DNA of 64,000 bases from contig NC_042999.1 in the NCBI RefSeq assembly GCF_006345805.1, positions 47,430,001 to 47,494,000 of the forward strand. Reading direction: 5' to 3'. Both the position numbers and the translations under genes were made by a program. Below, piece by piece: positions 13,991 to 27,275 of this stretch (positions are counted from its first letter, which is position 1; each line of letters opens with the position of its first letter). Below the pieces are notes generated by a model, which had not been told where the DNA came from, searched no databases, and was given only the letters and a program-made list of their open reading frames with translations. This DNA comes from Octopus sinensis. Its lineage: Eukaryota.

Positions 13991-14827
13991 CAGTTGATAT
14001 AGTTGTGGATAGTTTTCTTATTATTTTTTCGCTATTGATGATGTTTGCGTTGATGTTTTTTTTTTCTTAATGGAATTAACTCCTACTAATTTCGTTGTTC
14101 CTGCAGTTGTTGTTGATGTTGGTTTAGACGTAGGTCAGCTTCTCGTCAAGAATAATACTAATCAAAGGGAACCACTAAAACCGCTAACAACACTTTCTAT
14201 GTTCGGACTATTTAGAAGAACAAAAATTATCAAATATTCTCCTTAAATATTACACAGTAGTGTACAACTTCAAGGGTGCTCTATCTAACAGCTGGAGCGA
14301 CCACAGGAAGTCTTCTTTATCAGCTTACAAATGTTGTTGGTGTTGTAGTTGTCTTTGGTGTGGCTACTTCTTGTAGCAGTTTTTACTAGTGTTTATATAG
14401 TTACTAATTTGGACATTGATTAACTTGCCCCGAAATACCCTATATACCTGCTAGCCCTTCCGGTTAAGTCGACAACAAGTTATCACCACCACCATCATCA
14501 TCATCACCAATATCATCGTCCCCATCTCACGGAATTCAAAATTTTTATTGTATTTTTCTTTTCTTTCTGCTCCCTTTTTACATACATACATGCGTACATA
14601 CGTATGTATATGTGTATGAATTTATATATATATATATATATTCATACATGCCTAAATATATACATAAAAATATTTATATATACATATGTACATATTATAA
14701 GTGTGTCTGTGACTACGTAAATGTGTGTGTTGGTGTATATATGTATATATATGTATATATATAATATATATATATATTATATATATGTATATATGTTATA
14801 TATCTGTATATATGTATTAATATATAG

Positions 14828-14859
<32 letters not shown>

Positions 14860-14897
14860 TAGATAGATAGAAGAGAGAGATAGATAGAGGGAGAGAG

Positions 14898-14970
<73 letters not shown>

Positions 14971-15694
14971 TACACACACAAATACGAATATAAACACACG
15001 GGACCGCACACACGCAGACACACACATATATACTTATATAATTCAGAATGCTGCTTTCACTCACTGATTCTCTGTCTTTCGCGTCAACTGTAACTATTTC
15101 TCGCAAAGAATTCGGCCCCAATATTCTACTCTCCTATTTCATACTCTTTCGCTTTATTCTTCAAAATTCTTCTAAGTCTTACATTCCCCCCACCCATTTT
15201 ATTAATATAATCTAACTTCGTCCATAGGAAGCCTTAAGCGTTAACTTTTCATGGTTGTCCCACAAATTCCGATGCATGTTCCAAAAAACGCACACACACA
15301 CACAAATATTCACACACGCACACACATACACACACACATGCAAGTACATATATGGGAAAGTATGTTTATCTGTATATGTATACACACACATATTCACTGA
15401 TACTAATTAGTAGAATGGAATGAGGAAGTCCTTTTATTACATTATTTTACAATCGTTTCATTGAAATGCCATCTCATGAATATCGTTATTAGTGATGCAA
15501 CACTAGGCATTCACATTTCAATGAAATTATATGTGTGTGTATATATATATATATTATTATATATATTATATGTGTGTGGGGTGTGTGTGTGTGTGTGTGT
15601 ATGTATATATGTATATATATATATATATATATCCATATATATAATATATATATAGATATGTATATATGTAGGTATATATGTACATATATATATA

Positions 15695-15743
<49 letters not shown>

Positions 15744-15881
15744 ATCTAGCGTGTGACTTATATTGAGAATTACATATTCAGGGTAACACAGCTTGACGTC
15801 TATTTTTAGCATAAAGGAATCCATATAGTCATCTCTGATATTGTTTATATATATACACACACACACATTCACGCACGCACT

Positions 15882-15981
15882 NNNNNNNNNNNNNNNNNNN
15901 NNNNNNNNNNNNNNNNNNNNNNNNNNNNNNNNNNNNNNNNNNNNNNNNNNNNNNNNNNNNNNNNNNNNNNNNNNNNNNNNN
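15882..15981. other. Assembly gap (100 N)
   Basis: Exactly 100 N, a typical unknown-size placeholder. Confidence 1.
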
Positions 15982-17518
15982 TCCTAGGTGTCAATGAGAG
16001 TCACGTAGACTATATCAACATGACTAATAATGAATTCTATGCAAAAGCTTAGGACAGCGTACGACTTCATCTAGCTTATTGTATATCAATAAGAAGAGAA
16101 TTTTGTGATATCTTCATAAAGAAATATATTCGTAATCGTAAATATACACACACAGTCACTTATATAAACACACGCACGCAAGGTATATTGTAGAACGTGT
16201 TTACTTGCGTACATACATATATTGCCTTAAAATATATATTGACAACCGATGACAGCGGCTTAACATCGATTTAAACATCCATCTCAAAACAAAATCGAAC
16301 TCGTTTCATGTATGTACATGTGAAAAACATTTTTTCGGAAATATATGCTGACTTATGAAATTGTATATTCAATCAGAAAATTTGCAGTTCTAGTTCTCTC
16401 ACACTATGTTCACAGATATTGTTACTATATTTCCAGGAAGATTCATTTATAGCATCATTGAATATCCCAGGCTGAGAAGGGATATATTGTCTCTGGTTTT
16501 GAATAGGTGACCAGCAATAACAACCAAAACGCCTGATGCATGACTGAGAGAGGAATACAGATAAATCAAGTATGTACAAGAAACCATGCAGAATATGGAA
16601 TTTAAAGTGACGATGTCACCAATATCTTATGTAGTTGACTATAATGGTGTCACAGTATTACCTATCTTTCAGACGTGGCGTCATGGAGAAAAAAGAATGC
16701 AACGAAATATGTAGAAACTACGATCTTCGGAATACAAATATAATTACTGTGATATACGCATATCACTTAAGAATACTTGTGATTTGTTCTTGCCAATTAT
16801 CCAATAAATCTCCACCACAGGCCAATCAAGACGACCTCGGATGTAGAAGGAATTACGCTTAAAATATTTGAATTCATTCGACTTTGATATATAGTGTGAT
16901 AAATATTTAGGAAAGAAACAAACAAAATAAATGACATCTCTGCTGATGAGAAATTTGCAGTGATTTCATCCGGAAGATAGGGTCCATAATTGATATCAAT
17001 GCTGTGGAAATGTTTCACAAAACCAGAAAGATTACAGCTACAATCAAAGGCGCAGCATCTCGTACGAAATAAATGTGTGTATGTGTGTGTGCGTGTGTGT
17101 GTGTGTGTGCGTGTGTGTGTGTACGTGTTTAGTTGTAGGCTGGGTGTGCATATGGATGTGTGTGCATGTGCTACTATGCACTGCACGTACATAATTGTGT
17201 TTCGGCATAGTGTTCGTGAATGTGTGTGTGTGTGCATGAGTGTCTGTGCATGTGTGTGTTGAGGGATAAGGTAAACAGAATATTAATGTAGGCATGTATT
17301 ATCGTAGAGATAAAGCAGTGTGCTACCTCCCAGCCACAACCAACCAAGTGAATTCTTATCAACCCACCCTTAGTTTCTCTTCCAGTGAGCAATTGTTTGA
17401 TGTTGATATCATAAACATGAACAGACCATTAACTTACCATTAGCATTCCAAACCTTGATTTATGTAAGGAATGCTAGTATTGTAGCTCCTATTCCTCCAT
17501 TTGTTAGTAATATCAACG

Positions 17519-17847
17519 GTGAAGGCGGGTGGGTTAGTGGTTAGGGGCATTAGGCTCATGATCGTAAGGCCGTGAGTTCAATTCCCGGCGGTGCGTTGTG
17601 CCCTTGAACAAGACACTTTATTTCACGTAGTTCCAGTCCACTCAGCTGGCAAAAATGAGTACTACCTGTATTTGAAAGGGCCAGCCTTGTCATAATGTGT
17701 GTCACGCTGAATCTCCCCGAGAACTACGTTAAGGTTACACGTATTTGTGGAGTGCTCAGCCACTTGTGCGTTAATTTCACGAGCAAGCTGTTCCGTTGTT
17801 CGTATAGGCTGGAGCCCTCGTCGTCGCAACCGACGGAGTGCTCCAGT
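17519..17847 (+). mobile_element. Full-length tRNA-derived SINE with CORE/Meta-like central domain
   Basis: A box TAGTGGTTAGG, B box GAGTTCAATTC, central GTGCCCTTGAACAAGACACTTTA...CCAGTCCACTCAGCTG; 11-bp TSD TAATATCAACG at 17508-17518 and 17848-17858. Confidence 0.85.
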
Positions 17848-18732
17848 TAATATCAACGTTGTTATTGTCATTGCTGTACTGATGGTAATTGCATTGTGTT
17901 GATGATATAGTTAAAGCTATTGACACTGGAGCTGTGTTGTTTACAAGTTTCTACTGTTCCCTCTTTCTTTTTCTCCTTCTCTCTTCTCTTCCGTAAGCAT
18001 ATAGGAGCACTTCTGCTTGTGTACGATTGAATATGCATATTTTCGGACATGGATACAAAAAAAAGGCGTAAACTCGAACGTCTGCCATCTGCTTCCAACA
18101 GCCGATATCGTAGTTTTATTTATGACAATCTATTATTTGTAATCACTACACCCGATGACCTAGTGTCAGTAACGACTGTGTGACCTCTGCTTCCACTCTC
18201 CTATACCATAGCTTCATTTACGAACATCTGTCCTCTGTTTCTACCACCCTAGACCCTAATTTCATCTACGATTCTCTACTGTATGTTTCCGCCATCCCAT
18301 GCCCTAGTTTTAGCTACTTCACCAAATTTGTTAGTATGTTGCTTAATGTCATTCTCTTTACACAGTTCTTTTTATTATTACTAAACACTGATGAAGTGTC
18401 TAATACGATTCTGTAATCGGGACAATAACATTGTCGATACACGTTTATGCTTATTCAGCATAAAATTTATCTTAGGTGTTTTATTAATTCTGTGATGTAG
18501 ATTGTATTTCACAGGCTACTTTATACATTAGTTTGATACACCACGTCGCATTGCACTGGATTTAGAAGGCGAATGTGGGACGTACTATTACCTTCAAACT
18601 TTGGTTACATCTCACGGCTTTGAAACGCTTATATAGTCCATATGTATCTATCCCGACGCGCGCGCAAACACACACAGACACAGACGTAGAAACACACAAG
18701 TGAATGTATGCATATATCTCTCTGTATAAGTT

Positions 18733-18870
18733 CTTCCAGTCGTTTGACTGCGACCTTGGTGGGGTAGTAACTTGAGAGATTTGAACGGACAAATCGATCC
18801 CACACCTAATTTTGTATTTTAAACCTGGTTTTAATCTATTAACCATTTCGCCGAAGTATTATGTTACATG
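18733..18870 (-). mobile_element. Degenerate 3' half of the bipartite SINE family (as 22936-23323)
   Basis: CAGTCGTTTGACTG hairpin and ACAAATCGATCCC match the reverse complement of the family 3' end. Confidence 0.55.
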
Positions 18871-18918
18871 CACGCACTCGCCCACATATATGTATATATA
18901 TATATATATATATAATAT

Positions 18919-19017
<99 letters not shown>

Positions 19018-19049
19018 TATATAATATATATATATATGTATATATATGT

Positions 19050-19175
19050 AAAAAAATACAAACTGGGACAAGAACGCAAAAATATAGAAGACGATACAAA
19101 AAACACGGACGGGACATTCGAAGCTTCAATCTTCAGTCAAGAACCGGATCATCCTCGCAATTCGGCTGATTAATC
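19050..19175 (-). mobile_element. Short unclassified element between (TA)n and (GACA)n, with architecture like the hammerhead-bearing solo elements
   Basis: Pyrimidine-rich tail on minus ending in (TA)n; CTGAAGA followed by a GAAG/CTTC hairpin, but no canonical GAAA. Confidence 0.35.
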
Positions 19176-19216
19176 TTGACAGACAGACAGAAAGACAGAC
19201 AGACAGACAGACAGAC

Positions 19217-19270
<54 letters not shown>

Positions 19271-19329
19271 AGATAGATAGATAGATCTTCTTATAAGACT
19301 TCCTTAGGCCGTTGGATATAGTACATGAA

Positions 19330-19410
19330 ACTGAAGTTATAACGCGGTGGAACTGAATCCGGAACCATGTGCTTGGGAAGCAGGCCTCCTACGAGATAGC
19401 CACGTTTGTG
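19330..19410 (-). mobile_element. SINE head fragment (bipartite family)
   Basis: GGAACTGAATCCGGAACCATGTG is the reverse complement of the family head CATGGTTCCGGGTTCAGTCCC. Confidence 0.55.
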
Positions 19411-19422
19411 ACGTCTGTATAA

Positions 19423-19494
<72 letters not shown>

Positions 19495-20059
19495 GTATGT
19501 ATGTGTGCGTGTGTGATGCGTGTGTGTATGTGTGTGTATGAACGCATATATATACACATACACACACACATATATATATCCATGTGATTTACATGCATCC
19601 ATACGTATTGACAGAAAGAAGGTGAGAGAGGAGTGTGAGGGAGGGAAGGGAAGAGCGGCAAAGAGGAAGAGGCAAATTCATCTTCGTATTAGAGTGAATG
19701 GAATCCCATATGCTAAAACGCCTCAGCGTGTTGCTAAATGTACTAATAAATAAAAGCAATATAAAACAAAAATATTTGCATATATAATTATTTTGTATCC
19801 TTCACTATTTAATAACATTATTATTAATTCATGAAGTGACACGAAACTAAGCAATTTTTTCTCTTTTCTTTGTAACCCTAATGGAAATTGACAACGGATC
19901 AATTCAAGCATAAATGCGATGCGTTTCTGAACGCTGAAATCCACGCAACATTGCCATGAAATCTAAATTAACTCTGAAGTTTGTGAGAATGTCAATCAGC
20001 ATGTTACATATGTCAATGTGAATCTTTGTATCTATGTACGTCTCGCGAGGTTCTTTTCA

Positions 20060-20212
20060 TGAGTGCACGGGTGGTGGGGTGGTCAGGAGCTTGATTCTCA
20101 ACCACATAGTTTCGGCACCTTCACATGTTAGGCTACCGTTTTCTACTATAACTTCGATCTGACTAAAGGCATATGGGTAGCTTTGGTAGAAAGAAATGGG
20201 AAGAAACCATCG
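20060..20212 (+). mobile_element. Degenerate 5' half of the bipartite SINE
   Basis: TTCTCAACCACATAGTTTC...TTCTACTATAACTTCG...CTAAAGGC...TTTGGTAGA similar to 22936-23095. Confidence 0.55.
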
Positions 20213-20259
<47 letters not shown>

Positions 20260-20322
20260 ATCTATCTATCTCTATACACATATATATGAATGGTCTCTCT
20301 CTCTCTCAGTATATATATATTA

Positions 20323-20454
<132 letters not shown>

Positions 20455-20473
20455 TATATACATATATATATAT

Positions 20474-22740
20474 GTGAAAGTGACACCGACACTACTCTCG
20501 GATCACAACATGATAGAGCTGACCATGTACGGGCCAAAAGAGAGCACGGACATGCAGCCTGCAAGAAACCCTCAAAATCTTTCCAGCTTGAACTACCATA
20601 AGGCAAACTGGAAACAAATTGAGAAAGAGATCCTCAAACAAAACTGGCCTAAATGTCTCTCCTCGCCAGACATCGACGTGAAACTTCAACAATTCATGTC
20701 TGTAATGCAAGCCATATGCTACAAATGTGTTCCAGAGAGAAAGGCCACTGTACACAAGAACAAAATCCCCGGAGAGAGGAAAATTTTAATGAGACGGCGT
20801 ACGAAATTTTCAAATCGCCTAAACAAACAGATTGAAAGCAGTGAAAAGTCCCGCCTAAAAATAAAACTGTTGGAAATCGAAAAATGTCTGCAACTCTCCC
20901 ATGAAAAAGAAAGAGCAGGCAAAGAAGCCTGGGCTATAGAGAACATAAAATCTAACCCCAGGGCTTTCTACAGGTATGCCAAAGAAACAGCTACAGTGCA
21001 CTGTAGAATAGGGCCACTCCTCGAAAAGGATGGCACAATTACAGGAAAACCAATGAGGGTAAGTGAAATACTGAATCAGCAATTCAAGAGTGTTTTCACT
21101 CCACCCCTTGGGCATCTCCAAATCACCAATCCAACTGACTTTTTTACCACTGCAGATATAAAATCAGAGGCGGCGACGATAGATTACATCGATATAAAGG
21201 AAGACGATGTAACCAAGGCTATAGATGAAATGAAAACAGACTCAGCTACTGGTCCCGATGGATTCCCGGCAATCCTCCTAAAAGCATGTAAGAGAGTCCT
21301 AGCAAGACCACTGCAGTTCCTCTTTCAGAGCTTCCTTGCAGCTGGCAAACTTCCAGGAAAACTGAAGGAAGGTAAAATATGCCCCATTCATAAAGGAGGT
21401 AGCAGAGCGGAAGCCAAGAACTATAGACCTCACACATCAGCAAGGTCATGGAACGAATAGTCAGAAGGAAGCTGATCACCTTCCTTGAAGAGAATGACTT
21501 GCTGCCCGACACCCAACATGGTTTCCGACCAGGGAGAAGCTGTTTAACTCAGCTCCTACAACACTATGACTGGGTGCTGAAACGGCTGCTCAACCACTCA
21601 AATGTGGAAGTGATATATCTCGACTTTGCAAAGGCCTTTGATAAAGTCGATCATGGAATGATATGTCACAAACTGCGTGATCTCAACATAGTTGGAAAAC
21701 TGGGAGAATGGCTTCATGACTTTCTGAAGGATAGAAGTCAGGTGGTAGTAGCCAATGGGGCCACCTCCATTAACACACAAATAGTGAGCGGTGTTCCGCA
21801 GGGCACTGTTCTGGGACCACTACTGTTCATAATGGCCCTCTCAGACATGCCCTCAGCCACGCAGAGAGCCACGATCACAAGTTATGCAGATGATACAAAA
21901 GTTTCACAGGCAATACAGAACCCTGAAGACACTAAATGCCTGCAACGTGAGCTGGACGAAATATACAAGTGGCCTGAAAAGAATAGCATGCAGTTCAATG
22001 CTGGAAAGTTTCAAGCTTTATACTATCAGCATGCAAAACTGAATGCAATACCCAATGAATACACTGGACCCGGAGGGATTGCAATTCCAGAGGCACAATC
22101 AGTGCGTGACCTGGGTATTCACATGAGTGATGACGCGACCTTTCATGTACATGTTGCTAAACTGACAATGAAATGTAGACGGCTGGCTGGATGGATTCTT
22201 AGAACCTTTATAACAAGAGAACAAGAAACCATGATAGTCCTCTGGAAGACACTTGTCCTAAGCCACTTTGACTATTGCTCTCAGCTATGGTCACCATCCA
22301 GTGTCAAGTTGATCACAGAACTAGCCTCTATGCAGAATGTAAGCTACTGGGAAAGACTCAAGAGATTAAAATTATATTCCCTGGAGCGTAGGCGAGAAAG
22401 ATATGCCATAAGATACATCTGGGAGATCCTGGAGGGAAGTGTCCTGAACTTTGGCATCGAGAGTTACGCAAATGCCAGAACTGGGCGCCACTGCGTGGTG
22501 CCTAGGACTCCAAACTGCCATCAGATGTAGGACAAGATTCTGTGATAGCCTGGGCTTCCGAGGCCCACAGCTCTTCAATATCCTCCCGAAGAACCTGAGA
22601 GACCTGCATGGGGTGGATACAGATGTCTTTAAAATGAAGCTGGATCTCTCCTGTCAGGTGTCCCAGATGAACCAACTTCACGGCAGGAGGGGCAGATGAG
22701 GGCAGCTGCATCGAACTCCTCATGCACCAAATAGCAGTTG
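20474..22740 (+). pseudogene. Frameshifted LINE ORF2 (APE C-terminus plus RT)
   Basis: ORFs 20474-21460 and 21448-22530. Relative to copy 1: 13-nt deletion near 21430, 33-nt in-frame deletion near 22321, frameshift near 22515. Confidence 0.9.
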
Positions 22741-22861
22741 CTAGAAAGCCTCCATGAAGTGAAACCAAGTAGCACACCCAATGGCGGTGCCCCAGCATGG
22801 CCACAGCTCATAAGCTGAAACTAGAATCAATCAATCAATCAATCATCAATCAATCAATCAA
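20474..22861 (+). mobile_element. 5'-truncated CR1/L2-group LINE, copy 2 (young)
   Basis: Begins at the APE endonuclease C-terminal motif LSDHNMI; same RT as copy 1 (3 differences in the 60 nt aligned to 2041-2100); (TCAA)n tail 22827-22861; (TA)n on both sides. Confidence 0.95.
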
Positions 22862-22865
22862 TATG

Positions 22866-22908
<43 letters not shown>

Positions 22909-22935
22909 TATATATATATATGCACACACACACAC

Positions 22936-23095
22936 AGGAATAGCTATGTGGTAAGTAGCTTCCTTACCACCCGCATGGTTCCGGGTTCAGTCCCACTGCG
23001 TGGCACCTTGGGCAAGTGTCTTCTACTATAGCCTCGGGCCGACCAAAGCCTTGTGAGTGTATTTGGTTTACGGAAACTGAAACAAGCCCGTCGTA

Positions 23096-23140
<45 letters not shown>

Positions 23141-23322
23141 TGTGTCTGTGTGTCTGTGTTTGTTCCCCCAACATCGCTTGACAACCGTCACTTAGCGGTT
23201 CGGCAAAAGAAGGCGATAGAATAAGTACTAGACTTACAAAGAATAAGTCATTGGGTCAATTTTCTCGCCTAAAGGCGGTGCCCCAGCATGGCCACGATCA
23301 AATGACTGAAACAAGTAAACGA

Positions 23323-23323
<1 letters not shown>
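22936..23323 (+). mobile_element. Bipartite tRNA-derived SINE with CORE-like domain, internal (TA)/(TG) microsatellite and LINE-derived 3' end
   Basis: Head TGTGGTAAGTAGCTT...GGTTCAGTCCC; ACCTTGGGCAAGTG CORE-like motif; internal microsatellite 23095-23160; 3' GGCGGTGCCCCAGCATGGCCAC identical to the LINE end. Confidence 0.9.
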
Positions 23324-23402
<79 letters not shown>

Positions 23403-23404
23403 TG

Positions 23405-23438
<34 letters not shown>

Positions 23439-24081
23439 TGTATGTATGTATGTATGTGTATACGCGTGTCTTTGTGTCTGACTGCTTTGCAAACGGCATA
23501 AGTGTGTTTACGTGTCTCCAAGTTAGTGGTTCCGCAGATGAGCCGAATAGAATAAGTACATGATTTAAAATAAGTTAAAAGATTAAAAGAATATAAAAAA
23601 AAGTATGTTTTTTAAATTCTGATTAGGTGTATTTCATTTATTCTTGCATCATAAAATTTAACAAGACATAAACATAACCGATTATACTTTCATTGCGCTT
23701 CTTCAAAACTTAAAAACTAACATTGCGTTTATTTTATGTATATTTGTAAATTAATGATGCCGTACATATAAACATGTAAAACTGAAACGTTATAAGTTTT
23801 AATTGGATGAATCTGTTTGCATTTACAATGAAGAAAAGCAACACTCCAAGATATTTTTGATTGAAATGTGACACTTATTGCCAGATCACAAACTCTTTCT
23901 CCACTCTCTTTGTAAAAACAGTATCTCTCTGTGGATAACAATCGTTCTATATTCTTTCTTTGCACTAATTCACTATCCGAGAGAGAGTAAGCGGGAGAGA
24001 GAAGGAGAGAGGAAGAGAAAGAAAGAGATGGAGAACGAGAGAGAGAGAGAGAGAGAGAAAGAAATGAACGAAAAAGTAATC

Positions 24082-24635
24082 TTTTCTACTCTAGGCACAG
24101 GGCACGAAATTTTGGGGGAGGGGGCCAGTCAGTTAGATCGACCGCAGTACGCAACTGGTACTTAATTTATGCATCCCGATAGGATGAAAAGTGAAGTAGA
24201 CCCCTCCGGAATTTGAATTCGGAAAGTAAAGACATACGAAATCCCGCTAGGAATTTCGCCCGGTGTACTAAAGTTTCTTATTTCTTTATTGCCCACAAGG
24301 GGCTAAACATAGAGGGGACAAACAAGGATAAAGGGATTAAGTCGATCACATCGACCCCATTGCGTAACTGGTATTAAATTATCAACCCCTAAAGGGTGAA
24401 AGGCAAAGTCGACCTCGGCGTAATTTGAACTCGGAACGTAGTGGCAGACGAACTAAGTATTGTGTTTTGTAAGATGTGTTAAATTTATGGCGACAAAATC
24501 GTCAATAAGAACATAATGAAAATATTTTACTTAACAATAGACACACTGCATATTCTCTCACCTCATCAATCTTATTCATATTAAACCGCTAAGCATTTTC
24601 CCCGGCGTACTGTAGTTTCTGCCAGCTCGGCGCTT
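24082..24635 (-). mobile_element. Dimeric Nin/Deu-like SINE carrying a 137-bp foreign insertion
   Basis: Two tandem AAGTCGACC..GGAATTTGAA units; head GAGCTGGCAGAAAC on minus at about 24615-24630; insertion at 24450-24586. Confidence 0.85.
24450..24586 (-). repeat. 137-bp inverted copy of 28744-28880
   Basis: Reverse complement matches 28744-28880 at 136 of 137 positions (aligned by hand). Confidence 0.95.
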
Positions 24636-24813
24636 TAATAATAAAGTATAATGAAAGAAAGATACGAAAGGAGAAAGCGAGGTTTAAAAGAACTTCAGAG
24701 GAAGGTCTAAATCTCTATTCATACACATAAAGGTGTATGTGTGTGTGTGTGTGTGTGCGTGTGTAATTATATGTATCTAATTACCTATATATGTATATCT
24801 CTGTATATACATA

Positions 24814-25090
24814 TCCGAACAGGCTATCAGATGTCGTTACACATCGCTGGTCACAATGCGCTTCGCATTGTTTTTTAGCCTTCAAATGACGCCACCCCGC
24901 TGGCTAAGCGAGCAGGCGAACAGAAGAAAGAGTGAGAGAAAGCTGTGTCGAAAGACTACAGCAGGGATCGCCACCACCAACCTGCCGGAGCCTCGTGGAG
25001 CTTTTAGGTGTTTTCGCTCAATAAACACTCACAACGCCCGGTCTGGAAATCGAAACCGCGATCCTACGACCGCGAGTCCGCTGCCCTAAC
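24814..25090 (-). mobile_element. tRNA(Arg)-like-headed SINE, tail type A
   Basis: Minus head GTTAGGGCAGCGGACTCGCGGTCGTAGGATCGCGGTTTCGATTTCC; body shared with 32287-32571 but a different 3' tail. Confidence 0.85.
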
Positions 25091-25107
25091 GACATATATT
25101 TATACAT

Positions 25108-25151
<44 letters not shown>

Positions 25152-25176
25152 ATATATATATATGCATGTGTGCATA

Positions 25177-25209
<33 letters not shown>

Positions 25210-25254
25210 GCATGTGTGCATATATATGTATATATGTATATATATAATCTATAT

Positions 25255-25306
<52 letters not shown>

Positions 25307-25853
25307 ATATATATATACGCTTGGCATTTAGCTGTGATAATCATGTTTTCTACATAAATTCCTTTAAATGGAGCTCTGATATCCCCTTTATCCCATTTCT
25401 ATAATTAGAAATTCTTTATTGTCTCCTTTCATTTGCTCTTCCCTCTCAGAACCTTACAGTAGTCTGGAACAACTGAATCTTAGTCAGTCAGTTGATGGGC
25501 TCCATTACCTCAAATATTCTTCAAAATTAAATCCACATCTTTGGCTATATATCTATCTTCTCTATAATGTTGCCACTTGATATGAAAATGTTTGTATTAA
25601 TGGAAAACCTCTATAATTGGGTGATGAGTGCTCAGCATTTTAAAACTGTTGTAATACTTACAACATTTAATAAAATAGTGTAGTACGAAACGGTCGTACC
25701 AAATTACCGGAGTCATTCTTGTTGCTTATTTTGATTATAATTACCCCACGGATTTATATGGATAATACGATACAGAATTCTGGTGCATCTAAATTAAGTA
25801 CCATATTCATTTGATTCTAAATTTTTGCTGAACTTATACATATATATATATAC

Positions 25854-25931
<78 letters not shown>

Positions 25932-26078
25932 ATATATATATATAATAAATATTAGGGTTAAATCCAATTTTATAGTAAAATATTATATAATATAATTCGA
26001 GACAAAACCACTATTTTAAAATCAAACAAGGAAAGACTTAATCAATACATAAAATTTTAATATAAATTAAATAAACCA

Positions 26079-26120
26079 CCACTACAATTGTTTCATGTCT
26101 GCTACTGACATTCTTCAGGT
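26079..26120 (-). ncRNA. Second hammerhead copy in the opposite arm, with stem I shortened
   Basis: Same core, stem II and stem III on minus; the 5-nt deletion leaves only 2 bp of stem I. Confidence 0.6.
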
Positions 26121-26171
26121 TTCGATCTTCTAATCAGTATCAAATTTGGTACTGATTAGAAGATCGAAAAT

Positions 26172-26215
26172 CCACCTGAAGAATGTCAGTAGCAGACATG
26201 AAACAATTGTAGTGG
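26172..26215 (+). ncRNA. Type I minimal hammerhead ribozyme (predicted)
   Basis: Stem I CCAC/GTGG; CTGAAGA; stem II ATGTC/GACAT; GAAA; stem III AC/GT with palindromic AATT loop; GTA cleavage triplet (cut after 26211). Confidence 0.85.
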
Positions 26216-26299
26216 CGGTTTATTTAATTTATATTAAAATTTTATGTATTGATTAAGTCTTTCCTTGTTTGATTTTAAAATAGTGGTTTTGTCTCGAAT

Positions 26300-26335
<36 letters not shown>

Positions 26336-26360
26336 AGAGAGAGAGAGAGAGAGAGAGAGT

Positions 26361-26404
<44 letters not shown>

Positions 26405-26411
<7 letters not shown>

Positions 26412-26525
26412 TTGTATCTGTGTTTTCCCCCCAGCTGCACTTGTCAACCGATGTTTGTGTTTTTACATTCCCGTAACCTAGCGGTTCACAAAAGGAACCG
26501 ATAGAATAATTACCACGCTTACTAA
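26405..26525 (+). mobile_element. 3' half fragment of the bipartite SINE
   Basis: CACTTGTCAACCGATG...CGTAACCTAGCGGTTC...ACCGATAGAATAATTAC matches 41620-41705. Confidence 0.6.
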
Positions 26526-26678
26526 ATCTCTCTCATTCATTGCTTCATTTCTATGAAGAGATTACATTTTTTTACACCATTTTATTCCTTTGGAATAATA
26601 CAGATGTTATCTTCGAAACATGTGTCGGAAGTAAAAGAATGTGTATAACAACTGCGTTTAACTCCATTTATTTATTAA

Positions 26679-26709
<31 letters not shown>

Positions 26710-27275
26710 TGTACTAGAGCTGGGAAATACAAAATATAGTAGAATGTAGATGTCCCAGAATTAACTATCTATTTCAGTGAATCGGACAATATTTTTAAAC
26801 ACCTTTTATTTATGTTTATCATGTTTAATATATATTAAAAGTGTATAATATTTTATTATTTTATTTATTATTTGCTTTTCTCATAATTTTATTTTCATTC
26901 TTTTGGGATCCCGCTTATCTGTCTATGACGGCTTCTTTTATTTTCAATTTCGCTGTAGCCGTTTTTTCTGCATCCATCCTCAGAGAGGGGCAATAGTTTA
27001 GTTGAACTTATAGAACGCCTTCAGTTAGTATTGCAGGAGATAACTCCTTAAATATATTTCAAAATGTGTTTCGCAACGCAAATGATAGATTTGAACCCTG
27101 CAGGGATACAGATAAAGTACATGTCCAAAATTTTCAATATAGTTACGACGTAAGATTTGGAAATCTATATCTTTTGGTATCATAATTAAGTAATAAACAT
27201 AAAATTCTGGCAGTCTGATTTTCTTTTTTAAGTTTGCCCAATTTATATAGATAATATAGATAATCTTATATAGAT

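Larger units (their letters stand above)
25984..26310. repeat. 327-bp near-perfect palindrome (inverted pLTR-like element) in (TA)n
   Basis: Arms reverse-complement about CAAATTTG (26141-26148), with about 2 substitutions and one 5-nt indel. Confidence 0.95.

Noticed and set aside
13704-14070. Poly-Q and poly-L ORFs as a protein-coding exon
   Set aside because: Low complexity on both strands and only a weak donor (CAG|GTCTCA); kept only as a possible UTR/uORF.
16937-16972. CTGATGA followed by a GAAAT/ATTTC hairpin as a hammerhead
   Set aside because: The hairpin is followed by ATCC rather than GAAA, and there is no stem I or III.
19105-19140. Minus-strand CTGAAGA..GAAG/CTTC-GAATGTC as a hammerhead
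   Set aside because: GAAU instead of GAAA and no closing stem I in this copy.
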